From an uncultured bacterium (GTDB lineage Bacteria; Krumholzibacteriota; Krumholzibacteriia; JACNKJ01): a stretch of DNA of 64,000 nucleotides. Position 1 is the stretch's first letter, and each line of letters begins with the position of its first letter. Below the pieces are notes generated by a model. That model searched no databases. It had not been told where the DNA came from and was given only the letters and a program-made list of their open reading frames with translations. This document shows, piece after piece, positions 30,577 to 40,218 of this stretch. The stretch is from positions 1,718,902 through 1,782,901 of the forward strand of contig CAVOFT010000001.1 of assembly GCA_963695095.1 (NCBI GenBank). The letters run 5' to 3'. The position numbers were made by a program, and so were the translations under genes.

Positions 30577-31121
30577 TTGAGGTAGTAGTGCTGCGGCTCG
30601 GTGCCGGCGTCCGGCAGCAGCACGGTCCAGGCGCGGCGGGCCAGGGCCCGGCTGATCTCGCTGTCCGGGTCATTCAGGTCGCCGAAGAGGATGCTCGTCG
30701 TCGGGCAGATCTCCTGGCAGCTCGTGGTGGTCCGGCCGCTCTCGATCCGGTGCAGGCAGAAGGTGCACTTGTCGACGGTGTGCGTGCGGGGATCCACGAA
30801 GCGGGCGCCGTAGGGACAGGCCGTGATGCAGGCCTTGCAGCCCGAGCACTTGGCGTCGTTGATCTGCACCGTGCCGCCGGGCCCGTAGTGCGAGCTGCCC
30901 GTGGGGCAGGCGCGCACGCAGGGGGCGTCGGCGCAGTGGTTGCACCGCTCCGACCTGAGCAGGGTGGCGAGGGCAGGATACACGCCGCTCGTCTCGGTGA
31001 CGATCCAGTCGCGCGTGTGGCCGGCGGCCACGCCGTTCTCCTCCTTGCAGCCGATGACGCAGGCCGCGCAGCCCACGCAGGTGAGCGTGTCCACGGCCAT
31101 GCCGTAGCGGGGACCCTTCAT
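30573..31121 (-). CDS. psrB: 4Fe-4S dicluster subunit (PsrB/NrfC-like)
   Basis: CVGCAACVIGC; CNHCADAPCVRACP; CSGCKACITACPY; KCTFC; CQEICP. Confidence 0.9.
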   Translation of the reverse strand: MKGPRYGMAVDTLTCVGCAACVIGCKEENGVAAGHTRDWIVTETSGVYPALATLLRSERCNHCADAPCVRACPTGSSHYGPGGTVQINDAKCSGCKACITACPYGARFVDPRTHTVDKCTFCLHRIESGRTTTSCQEICPTTSILFGDLNDPDSEISRALARRAWTVLLPDAGTEPQHYYLK

Positions 31122-33400
31122 GCCGGCACCTCCTGATCCGCGCGCCGGGCGGCGGTCGCGGCGTGCTCGTCGCCGCCGGCCGCGCCGCTCTCGTCCCGCA
31201 CGAAGGTGACGAAGTTCACGTTCATGCCGGTGCCGCCCATGATGGGGTCGACCGCGACGCGCGTGCAGAGCTCGGCGCTGTCGATGCCGCGCCCGTAGGC
31301 GAAGCTCAGCTCCTTGGCCTGGCGGCCGTAGCCGTGGACGAGGTAGACCGCGTCGGCGCGAATGCGCTCGGTCACCCGCACGGGCGCGCTGAAGGCCGAG
31401 AGCACGCCGTCCTGGTTCTGCAGGCGCACGCGGTCGCCCATGGCCAGGCCCCAGTGGGCGGCGACGCGCGTGTTCACCCACACCTCGTTCTCGGCGAAGA
31501 CCTCCGACAGCAGGCGGTTGTTCGTGGTGCGCCCGAAGCTGTGCACGGGCGCGCGCCCGAAGAGCAGGCGGTAGTAGCCGGCGGGCGGCTCGGCGGGCGG
31601 CGTGTACACGGGCAGCGGGTCGAAGCCGGCGGCGGCCAGGGCCGTCGAGTAGAGCTCGATCTTGCCCGTCTCGGTGGGGAAGCTGGGCAGGGCGCCTTCT
31701 TCGTAGCTGAGGGGCTGCGCGGGCATGGTGATCACGCCGTCGCGCTGCAGGGCGTCGCAGTCCAGGCCGGCGGCGTGCAAGCGTGCCTGCGCGTACTCCA
31801 TGCTGTCGATCCAGGGGAAGAAATCCGCCAGGCCGAGTCGCGTCGCCAGCTCCTTGGCGATCCACCAGCCCGGCTTGCTGTCGTACATGGGCGGCACCAC
31901 TTCCTGGCGCACGGCGATGTAGGGCTCGCGATAGGGCGGGTTGTGCAGCTCGTCGCAGCGCTCGAGGTAGGTGGCCTCGGGCAGCACCACGTCGGCCAGT
32001 CCGCAGATCTCGGCGGGCAGCACGTCCACGGCGACGAGGAAGTCCAGCTTCTGGATCGCCTCGCGGGTGCGCTGGGGATCGGGCAGGGTGGTGGGCAGAT
32101 TGGAGCCGTAGACCATCCAGGCCTTGAGGTCGTAGGCCGCCAGGCCGGGAATCGTCGCGTCGCAGAGGCCCTGGGCGAGCACCTCGTCGGCAAGCGGGAT
32201 AGTCGCTGGCCAGGGGCTGATCGGCGGCGCCGCGCTCGGGCGGCCGATAGCCGGGATAGGCGTAGGCGGGCAGCTCGATCTGCGCGGGGACGATGTAGCC
32301 GCCGCGCCGGCCCCAGGCGCCCAGCAGCGCGTTCAGGATGGCGATCGCCCGACTGCGCTGCGTGTCGTCGCCGTACCAGGTGACATGGCGACCCGGATGG
32401 ATGAGGGTCGCCGGCCGCGCGCCGGCGATGAGGCGGGCGGTCTCGCGGATCAGGCCCGGCTCGATGCCCGTGCGCGGGTAGGCCCACTCCGGGCTGAAGG
32501 GCGCCACGTGCGCCTCGAGCTGCTCGAAACCGTAGGCGTAGCGCTCGATGTAGTCCCGGTCGTAGAGCCCTTCCTTGATGATCACGTGCATCCAGGCGAG
32601 CAGGAGCGCGAGGTCCGTGCCCGGCTTGATGGGCAGCCAGTAGCGCGCCTTCGCGGCCGCGGTCGAGAAGCGCGGATCGACGACGATGAGATCCGCCCCG
32701 CCGCGCAGGAAGTCGGCGAAGTCCTGCACCTGGGTGTTGTGCATGTTCTCGCCCAGGTGCGAGCCGATGAGCATGAGGCAGCGAGCGTCGGCGATGTCCG
32801 TGCGCTCGGGCGATCTCGACGCCCTCGCCGAAGGTGAGGCTGAAGCCCACGTCGCGCGGCCCGCGGCACTGGGCGTAGGAGGGCGCGGCGATGTTGGGGG
32901 AGCCGTAGGCCTTGAACAGGTGCTTCATCCAGTTGCCGCCGTAGCCGTGATAGAAGAGGGCGAGCGCGCTGGCGCCGTGCTCCTGCTTGATGCGGCCGAA
33001 GTGCTCGGCCACGTCGTCCAGGGCGTCCGTCCCAGCTGACGGGCGCGAAGCGCTGCTCGCCGTTCTTGCGGAGGCGCACGAGGGGCTGCTTGAGGCGGTC
33101 CGGGTCGTAGAGCAGACCCGTGCCGCCGGCGCCCCGCGGGCAGAGCCGGCCGCGGGAGAGCGGGTGCTTCGGGTTGCCCTTGATCTTGGTGACCCGCCCG
33201 TCCTTGACGTGGGCGAGGATGCCGCACTTCCAGAAGCACAGCTCGCAGAAGCTGGCGACGACGCGGTCGCCATCGGTGCCGGGGTCGCCGACGGGATTGG
33301 CGTAGGCACCGTACCAGTCGCTGGTCAGGCCGCCCAGCAGCGCCGCGCCGCCGACACCGGCCCCGCCGATCCTGAGAAAATCGCGCCGATTCATGCTCAT
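31118..33400 (-). CDS. psrA: Tat-exported molybdopterin oxidoreductase, polysulfide/thiosulfate reductase catalytic subunit (frameshifts near 33030, 32815, 32190)
   Basis: NRRDFL Tat motif; CELCFWKC...LCPRG Fe-S motif; AQCRG Cys ligand; IKPGTDLA; ADVVLPEATYLER; TGKIEL. Confidence 0.85.
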
Positions 33401-33738
33401 GCCTGGTCCTCCTGGGGCCTGGCCTCGGCGCTGTCGCTATGCAACCAGTCGCAGACGGTGGTCACGAGGGTGCCGATCACGCTGCCGCTCGCAGAGAGCG
33501 CCACCTCGCCCGAGGGGCCGCGCCGCGTGCCGGCCACCAGATCCAGCTCGCGCAGGGGCAGGATCAGCCGGGCCACGCTGGACTGCGGCCGCCCGGTGGC
33601 GGCGATCAGTTCCTTCTGGCTGGCGGGTCCCTCGGCCAGGCGGCAGGCGATCTCGAGCCGACCCGGGTGGGCGAGGGCCTTGAAGACCTGGGCGGCGCGG
33701 GCGATGTCCTCGGGCGTCCGCTTCAGCTTCGGGTCCAT
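33397..33738 (-). CDS. ArsR/SmtB-family regulator (BigR/SqrR-like)
   Basis: FKALAHPGRLEIACRLAEG; second Cys near the C-terminus (TTVCDW); first gene of the psr operon. Confidence 0.85.
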   Translation of the reverse strand: MDPKLKRTPEDIARAAQVFKALAHPGRLEIACRLAEGPASQKELIAATGRPQSSVARLILPLRELDLVAGTRRGPSGEVALSASGSVIGTLVTTVCDWLHSDSAEARPQEDQA

Positions 33739-33774
33739 GGAATCGCCTCCCTAGAACAGTGGTAAACAAACCCA

Positions 33775-33818
33775 GATATCCGCATATCCGAAAATACGAG
33801 TTCCCCGGCACCTGTCAA
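33775..33818 (-). promoter_or_regulatory. Promoter and putative operator of the arsR-psr operon
   Basis: TTGACA(33818-33813)-N16-TATTTT(33796-33791); just downstream, the inverted repeat GATAT-CCGC-ATATC and tandem ATATCCG. Confidence 0.55.
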
Positions 33819-34006
33819 GCCCACCCAGGGCGCGGGGCGGCAAGGCCAGGGCTGACGCCGCAGACTGCACGGCCCCGCAAACCCGGCAACTAGTGCTTGA
33901 TTGCAAGCGATTTTGGTGCAAAGCTTTGCGGCGCTCGATGGCGACTGGTCCTGGCGTCAGCTTTGCTTGACCTTGGTCTGGCGGCCGCCTTCCCTGGAGG
34001 ATACGC

Positions 34007-35053
34007 TTGCTGCTTCGCCTGCCCTCGCTGGGAGTCCTCTTCCTGTTCGTGGTCACCTTGGCCTCGGGGGCGGCCTGCGGGCCGACGGATGGCGAGGCTC
34101 CGAGCGACCCCGCGGACCCCGAGATTCCGCCCGAGCCCGCCTACGCCACGCACGTGCTAGCCTACGGCAGCGCCCTGGCGAGGCTGGATCAGGGGCAGCT
34201 CGCGCCTTTCGACCACATCATCCTGGAGGCCCAGGCCCTGGCGGAGCTGGAGCCGCGTTACCACGCGCGAGCCCTGCTCTACTTCAATCCGTGGGGGAAG
34301 AGCAGCTACAGCGACAGCCTGCGCAGCTGGCCCGAGTGGCAGCCCGCGCCGCGCGAACTCGGCCAGCCGGACATCCTGCTCAACGGGAGCGTCTACTGCT
34401 ACCGGTTCGACGACGCCCACGTCGCCGCCTTCCTCGGCTGGATCGAGAGCTATCTCGCCGCGCGCGGGGGCGAGGTGGCGGGCGTCTTCCTCGATGACTT
34501 CGGCTTCGAGCGCCAGTGGTGGACGGGCGCGGCCGCCGACAAGGACTCGGTCTGGGGGCCCTACGACGGCCGTCCCGGCTGGCGCGAGGCGCCCTACGAC
34601 TGGAACCGCCAGCGCATCGCCGCCCTCGAGGCCGGGGCGCTCGCGCTCGTGCTCGAGCACTGCGGCCCCGAGGGTCTGCTCGTGGTCAACGGCGTCGCGC
34701 GCACGCTGCCGGGCGTGCGCCGCTTCGCCGAAGACGTCGGCGCGCCCAATTCCGAGGAATGGGAGCGGCTCGAGACGCCTGGCGTCGATCCCCTGCGCTA
34801 TGTCGAGGCGGGCGACTTCCTGCAGGTCAACGGCATCGGGGCCAGCGGCCTCTGGGGCGACTGGGCGAGCACGCCGGCAGGAGCGGGCGAGGCCAATCTC
34901 GCCCGGGCCTGCGCCCTGGCCCAGCGGCGGGATGCCAGCGTGGGCCTGGCCTACGGCGAGACGCCGGCAGGCGGCGGCAGCCTCTACTCGCTCTTCCTGC
35001 GCCCGGATGCGGAGGGCCAGACCTGGCCGCGCTACTTCGGCGATTCGCCCTGA
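34007..35053 (+). CDS. Hypothetical lipoprotein, possibly glycoside hydrolase-like
   Basis: RBS GGAGG; lipobox GAA-C; AGVFLDDF motif; Trp-rich. Confidence 0.55.
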   Translation: MLLRLPSLGVLFLFVVTLASGAACGPTDGEAPSDPADPEIPPEPAYATHVLAYGSALARLDQGQLAPFDHIILEAQALAELEPRYHARALLYFNPWGKSSYSDSLRSWPEWQPAPRELGQPDILLNGSVYCYRFDDAHVAAFLGWIESYLAARGGEVAGVFLDDFGFERQWWTGAAADKDSVWGPYDGRPGWREAPYDWNRQRIAALEAGALALVLEHCGPEGLLVVNGVARTLPGVRRFAEDVGAPNSEEWERLETPGVDPLRYVEAGDFLQVNGIGASGLWGDWASTPAGAGEANLARACALAQRRDASVGLAYGETPAGGGSLYSLFLRPDAEGQTWPRYFGDSP

Positions 35054-35640
35054 GCGGCCGGCCCGCCGGCGCGGCGATCGGGCAGGTAGCAGTCGCCGAG
35101 CTCGGGCGCGCCGCCGGGCAGGAGGCCGTGCCGCGCGCAGTGCTGATAGAGCAGGGCGGCGGCGCTCGAGGCCACATTGAGGCTGTTCTTGAGGCCGAGC
35201 ATGGGCAGGTGCAGCACGGCGTCGGCCTGGCGCAGCAGCTCGCGATCCACCCCCAGCACCTCGTGGCCGAAGACGAAGCAGCAGCGCAGGGGCCCGTCCC
35301 AGTCCACGATGGACCGGCTCTGCGGCGTGCGCTCCACGGCGACGAGTGCGAAACCGTCCTCGCGCGCGCGACCGACGGCGTCGAAGACGCGCAGATCGTG
35401 GCTCCAGGGCACGCAGGCCGTGCTGCCGAGAGCGGTCTTCTCGAGCTTGCCGTTGGGCGGGAAGGCGCTGATCCCGACCAGATAGAGCTGCGCCAGGCGC
35501 AGGGCATCCGCCGTGCGGAAGATGTCGCCCACGTTGTAGGCGCTGCGGATGTTGTCGAGCAGCAGGGCCACGGGCGTGCGGGTGCCGCCCGGGTCGGCGG
35601 GGCGGTCCTTCCACATCGCGTGCAGGGGATCCAGGTTCAC
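35032..35640 (-). CDS. TrmH/SpoU-family RNA 2'-O-methyltransferase
   Basis: LDNIRSAYNVG; KTALG; VFGHEVLG; LPMLGLKNSLNVA. Confidence 0.9.
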   Translation of the reverse strand: MNLDPLHAMWKDRPADPGGTRTPVALLLDNIRSAYNVGDIFRTADALRLAQLYLVGISAFPPNGKLEKTALGSTACVPWSHDLRVFDAVGRAREDGFALVAVERTPQSRSIVDWDGPLRCCFVFGHEVLGVDRELLRQADAVLHLPMLGLKNSLNVASSAAALLYQHCARHGLLPGGAPELGDCYLPDRRAGGPAAQGESPK

Positions 35641-35669
35641 CCTCTCTCCTCGGCCCGGGGACGGCTCCC

Positions 35670-35756
35670 ACTCTAGCGGCTGCCGCGCGCGGGCGCAATC
35701 GGCGCGGCGGCGCCGCGGCTCGGCGCTTGCCGCGCCTGGGCTCGCCTGCTACACCT
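35670..35756. promoter_or_regulatory. Divergent sigma70-like promoters
   Basis: Minus: TTGCGC(35698-35693)-N17-TAGAGT. Plus: TTGCCG(35727-35732)-N17-TACACC. Confidence 0.45.
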
Positions 35757-35798
35757 TCCGCGCTCGCGCCCGGCTCGGGCGCGCGAGGGAGGTTCCCC

Positions 35799-36899
35799 GT
35801 GTTCCCCGACCGATTCGCAGCACCGGCCGTCGCCGGGGCCCTCCTGGCCGGGCTCCTGCTGGCGGGCCTGCCGCGCGCGGGGGCTGCGGGCGAGTCGCCC
35901 TACTACTTCTACCACGGCCGCAGCTACGGGAGCGAGGCCATGGTCCAGCCCCTGCGCATGATCGTCAACAGCGGCTACGGCATCATGCAGCTGGACAATC
36001 GCAGCCACGCCATCTGGGAAGTGGACTACGCGCGGGGCTGGCGCACCCTGAGCCGCAACCTCGGGCACCCCGTCACGGCCATCGAGCAGGAGGGCTGGGG
36101 CGATTTCCTGCTCAAGGAAGTGGTGCCCTTCAGCACGAACACCGCCGAAGCGCGCTACTGGCCGAACTATACCCAGCACCTGATCGGCGGCGGCATGAGC
36201 TACCGCCTGCTCCACGAGTGGTTCCGCTGGCATGCCTACCCGCGGCCCCGCCTGTGGGCGATCGGCTCGATCACCGCCTATCACGTGCTGAACGAGGTGG
36301 TGGAGCTGGACGCCTACGACGGCTACACGACGGACCCCATCGCCGACCTCTACCTCTTCGATCCGCTCAGCTGTCTGCTCTTCAGCTCCGACCGCGTGGC
36401 CAGCTTCTTCGCCGAGACCTTGCAGATGCAGGACTGGTCCTTCCAGCCCGCCTATGTCCCGCGCGACGCGACGCTGCACAACAACGGGCAGAACTTCGCC
36501 TTCAAGTACGCGCTGCCCTGGAGCGAGCGCTGGAGCCTGTTCTACCACTTCGGCACCCACGGCGAGTTCGGGCTGTCGCGGCGCAGCGCCAGCGGGCTGG
36601 CCTGGTCGGCCGGGGCCGGGCTGAAGGCCAAGGACCTGCTCGATCTGGAGGCCGGCACGCGCGCCGTCGATCTGGCCCTGGTCGGCGGCCTCTGGGTGGA
36701 TCGAGAAGGCTCCCTCCTCGCTTCGCTGATCGCCGCCGCCACCAAGGAGTACCGGCTACGCCTGAACGTCTACCCGGGCGTCTTCAAGGTGGGCTGCGTT
36801 TCGCCGAGCTTTTTTCTGGTGATGGACCAGGAAGAGCGTATCCTCGTCGGCATGGGCCTCGCCCGCCTGCCGGTGGGGGTGGGCCTGCCCCTCTACTAG
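35799..36899 (+). CDS. Hypothetical exported/outer-membrane protein
   Basis: Signal peptide; aromatic-rich; WPNYTQHLIGGG; coding-like codon usage. Confidence 0.65.
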   Translation: MFPDRFAAPAVAGALLAGLLLAGLPRAGAAGESPYYFYHGRSYGSEAMVQPLRMIVNSGYGIMQLDNRSHAIWEVDYARGWRTLSRNLGHPVTAIEQEGWGDFLLKEVVPFSTNTAEARYWPNYTQHLIGGGMSYRLLHEWFRWHAYPRPRLWAIGSITAYHVLNEVVELDAYDGYTTDPIADLYLFDPLSCLLFSSDRVASFFAETLQMQDWSFQPAYVPRDATLHNNGQNFAFKYALPWSERWSLFYHFGTHGEFGLSRRSASGLAWSAGAGLKAKDLLDLEAGTRAVDLALVGGLWVDREGSLLASLIAAATKEYRLRLNVYPGVFKVGCVSPSFFLVMDQEERILVGMGLARLPVGVGLPLY

Positions 36900-36948
36900 C
36901 GTCCCCGGCCCGCGCGAAGCGCGCCGGACGCTCTCCCCGAGGACGCGG

Positions 36949-39900
36949 ATGAGCCAGAGCGCGAACGGCAATCCCTGGCGCGAGCTCGAGCGCGAACTCA
37001 ACCCTCGCCAGCGCGAGGCCGTCTTCAGCACGGCTGCGCATTGCCTGGTGCTGGCCGGCCCGGGCACGGGCAAGACGCGCACGCTCGTCAATCGCGCGGT
37101 CTATCTCGTCAGCGCGGCCGGCGAGGAGCCGGGGGCCATCCTGACGCTCACCTTCACGCGCAAGGCCGCGCAGGTGATGCTGGAGCGGCTCGCGCGCTAC
37201 CTCGGCGAGAGCGCGGGCGCCCTGCGCACGGGCACCTTCCACCATTTCTGCCTCGAGCTGCTGCGCGGGCAGGCCGGTCGGGGGGCGGTGCCCCGCGACT
37301 TCAGCGTGGCGGACGAAGCGCGGCAACTGCGCGCGCTCGAGCGCGCCTGGAACCGCCTCGACTTCTCGGCCCGGCCGCCGGACGAGCGCGAGCTGCGCTT
37401 CCTGCTGGGCCGCTTCGGCGCCCATCGCGCCCAGCGCGAGCCCGGGCAGCTCAGCGCGCTGCAGCTGGAGCTCTTCGCCGAGTACCAGCGCCTCCTGCGC
37501 GATGAGCGCGCCATCGACTTCGACGACATTCTCGATCTCAGCCGGCAGCTGCTCACGGAGGACGCGGCGCTGCTGGCCGCCACGCGCGCGCGCTGGCGCC
37601 GCGTGCTCGTCGACGAGTTCCAGGACACGGATGCGCTCCAGTACCAGCTCCTGCGCCTGCTGGTGCCGGCCGCCGGCAGCAGCTTCGTCGTCGCCGACGA
37701 CCAGCAGTCCATCTACGCCTGGCGGGGCGCCGACCGCCGTAACGTCGCGCGCTACCGCGAGGATTACGCGCCGGTCGAATTGCGCCTGGAGGAGAACTAC
37801 CGCAATCGCGACGCCATCCTGGGCGGCGCGCTGGCGGTGCTGGCCGCGGGCGGCGAGCCCCCGCGCGAACTCGTCAGCCGCGCGCCCGGCACAGGCAGCC
37901 TGCGCCTGGAGGCCTTTCCCAGCGAGCGCGAGGAGGCCGACTTCCTCGCCGCGGACATCCGCCGCGCCCGCGCTCGCGAGCGGCGCCTGCGCTGGGGAGA
38001 CATCGCCATCCTCTACCCCAAGCACGCGATCGGCGAGTACCTGGAGACCCGGCTGATGGCCGAGCGCCTGCCCGTCGAGCTGGTCTCCGGCCGGGCCCTG
38101 CTCGCGCAGGAGCGCATCCGGCGCGTGGTGGCCGCCCTGCGCCTGCTCCGCCACGGCGGCGACGACGAGGCCCTGGCCACCCTGCTCGCCGGCCAGCTCG
38201 ACGAGAGCGCCTATGCCCTGCTCCGGCGCGTCGCCCGTCACGCCGGCGACTCCCTGCGCGCCGGCCTCGACCGCCTGCTGCGCGGGGCGGGCCAGCTGCG
38301 CAGCTTGCGCGAGCGCTGGCAGGCCTTTCAGGCGGGTCCCGGGGCCGAAGCGGCGGACGACGCCCGCTGGCTGGCCGCCTGGCGGGCGGCCTTCCCGGCG
38401 GGCTACGAGCTCGAGGCCTACCTCGATGCGGAGGGCGCCGGCCTGGAGATCGCCGCCCCGGCCGAGATCGATGCCGGGGCGCAGCGGCGGGCCCTCCTCG
38501 CGGCCGGCGAGCGCCTCGAACAGCTCTCGCGCCTGCCCTGGCTGCTCGATGGCGTCGTGGCTCGCCTGGGCAACCTCCGCGCCGGCCAGGGGGGACGCAG
38601 CCTGAGTCAGCTCGTGCGCGAGATCCTCCTGGACTTCGTCGATCCGGACGCGGGCGCGGGCGAGCTGCCCGGTGACCCGGCCGCGGTGCCGGGGCTTGCG
38701 GCCCTGCTCGATGCGCTGCGCGAGCAGCTGCGGCGCGGGCGCCGCGTGCTCGTGGAGACGCCCGGCGCGCCGGCCGAGGCGAGCCAGCTGCTGGTGGACC
38801 TGCTGCGCGGCGGGCTCGAGCCCTGGCACGCCCAGTGCCTCGTGGCCCGGGACGAGAAGGCAGGCTCGCCGCCCTCCGACAGCCTGCGCCTCTCGGCCGC
38901 GGGCGATCGCCTGCGCCTCACCGGTCTGCCGCAGGGTGCGCTGGAGGCCGGCGGCGCCCCGGCGGCGCTGCTCGTCTTTCGCCTCTACCAGCTGTGGCGG
39001 GGCGCCGAGCACCGGCCGCTCAAGGACTTCGTGCTCTTCGATCTCGAAACGACGGGGGTGGATCCCCAGCGCTGCGAGCTGATCGAGGTGGCGGCCATCC
39101 GCTACGAGGACGGCCGCGAGAGCGCGCACTACAGCTCGCTGCTGAGGCCGCAGGGAGCCATTCCCGCCGAGGCGACCCGGGTGCACGGCATCACGGACGC
39201 CATGGTGGCCGCCGCGCCCGCGCCCGCTCAGGCGCTGCCAGCCTTCCTCGCCTTTCTCGGCGAGCGCGATCTCGTGGCGCACAACGGCGCCAGCTTCGAC
39301 TTCCCCCTGCTGCGCCGGGTCGCGCGCGAGCAGGGCCTGGCGCCTCCGCGCAACGCCCTCTTCGACAGCCTGGCCCTGGCCCGGCGGCTCTTCCCCGGCG
39401 AGAAGAACGACCTGGGCGCCCTGATGGCCCGCTTCGGCGTCAAGGCCGCGGCGCGCCACCGGGCCCTCGAGGATTGCCGCGCGCTGGCGGCCGTCTTCGC
39501 CGAACTCCAGGCGGCGCAGCTGGCGGCGCTTCGCCGGCGAGTGGGCCGCGAGGCGCTCGCCCCCGCGGCGCTGGCCCTGCTGCTCATGGAGGGCGAGCGC
39601 TTGCAGGCGCTCGCCGCGCGCGACGCGGACAGCTACGCCCTCTTCCAGGCGGGGGTGCGCCGGCTCCTCGCCAGCGGCAGCGGCTGGCTCGACCGCCTGC
39701 TGCCCGGCGATGCCCAGGCGTCGCCCGCCGCCGCCCGCCGGGCCCTGGAGGCCGCCCTGCTCGCCGCCGCGGGGCTGGACGGCGAGGCGCCGGACCTCTT
39801 CACCGGCCTGCGCAGCGAAGAGGAGCGCTTCCTCGCCCTGGTGCCGCGCTTCGATGAGCTCTTCCTCGGCGATTCGCTGGCCGCCTTTCTCGATTTCCTC

Positions 39901-40218
39901 GCGCTCTACCAGGCGCCGGACCTGGCCGGGGGCGGCGACGCGGTGCAGCTGATGACCATCCATGCGGCGAAGGGCCTGGAGTTCGAGCGCGTCTACATCG
40001 TGGGCCTGGAGGAGAACGTGCTGCCCGGCTTCTACGCGCTGCGCTCGGGGGACCCGGAGGAGCTGGCCGAGGAGCGGCGCCTGCTCTTCGTGGCGATGAC
40101 GCGCGCGGCGAGCGCCCTCACCCTGACGCGCGTGGACAGCCGCGGCGGCTTTCGCCAGGCGCCCAGCCGCTTCCTGGCCGGCCTCGCCCCGGCGGGCAGC
40201 GAGGCGGCGGCGCCGTGA
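36949..40218 (+). CDS. UvrD/PcrA-family SF1 helicase with inserted DEDDh 3'-5' exonuclease domain
   Basis: Helicase: LNPRQ, LAGPGTGKT, TFTRKAA, VDEFQD, DDQQSIYAWRGA, LEENYR, TIHAAKGLEF, EERRLLFVAMTRA. Exonuclease: FDLETTG, AHNGASFD, HRALED. Confidence 0.9.
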   Translation: MSQSANGNPWRELERELNPRQREAVFSTAAHCLVLAGPGTGKTRTLVNRAVYLVSAAGEEPGAILTLTFTRKAAQVMLERLARYLGESAGALRTGTFHHFCLELLRGQAGRGAVPRDFSVADEARQLRALERAWNRLDFSARPPDERELRFLLGRFGAHRAQREPGQLSALQLELFAEYQRLLRDERAIDFDDILDLSRQLLTEDAALLAATRARWRRVLVDEFQDTDALQYQLLRLLVPAAGSSFVVADDQQSIYAWRGADRRNVARYREDYAPVELRLEENYRNRDAILGGALAVLAAGGEPPRELVSRAPGTGSLRLEAFPSEREEADFLAADIRRARARERRLRWGDIAILYPKHAIGEYLETRLMAERLPVELVSGRALLAQERIRRVVAALRLLRHGGDDEALATLLAGQLDESAYALLRRVARHAGDSLRAGLDRLLRGAGQLRSLRERWQAFQAGPGAEAADDARWLAAWRAAFPAGYELEAYLDAEGAGLEIAAPAEIDAGAQRRALLAAGERLEQLSRLPWLLDGVVARLGNLRAGQGGRSLSQLVREILLDFVDPDAGAGELPGDPAAVPGLAALLDALREQLRRGRRVLVETPGAPAEASQLLVDLLRGGLEPWHAQCLVARDEKAGSPPSDSLRLSAAGDRLRLTGLPQGALEAGGAPAALLVFRLYQLWRGAEHRPLKDFVLFDLETTGVDPQRCELIEVAAIRYEDGRESAHYSSLLRPQGAIPAEATRVHGITDAMVAAAPAPAQALPAFLAFLGERDLVAHNGASFDFPLLRRVAREQGLAPPRNALFDSLALARRLFPGEKNDLGALMARFGVKAAARHRALEDCRALAAVFAELQAAQLAALRRRVGREALAPAALALLLMEGERLQALAARDADSYALFQAGVRRLLASGSGWLDRLLPGDAQASPAAARRALEAALLAAAGLDGEAPDLFTGLRSEEERFLALVPRFDELFLGDSLAAFLDFLALYQAPDLAGGGDAVQLMTIHAAKGLEFERVYIVGLEENVLPGFYALRSGDPEELAEERRLLFVAMTRAASALTLTRVDSRGGFRQAPSRFLAGLAPAGSEAAAP

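Noticed and set aside
31118-33400. Selenocysteine recoding as the reason psrA is fragmented
   Set aside because: The breaks are frame changes rather than in-frame UGA, and the Mo ligand position is Cys (AQCRG)
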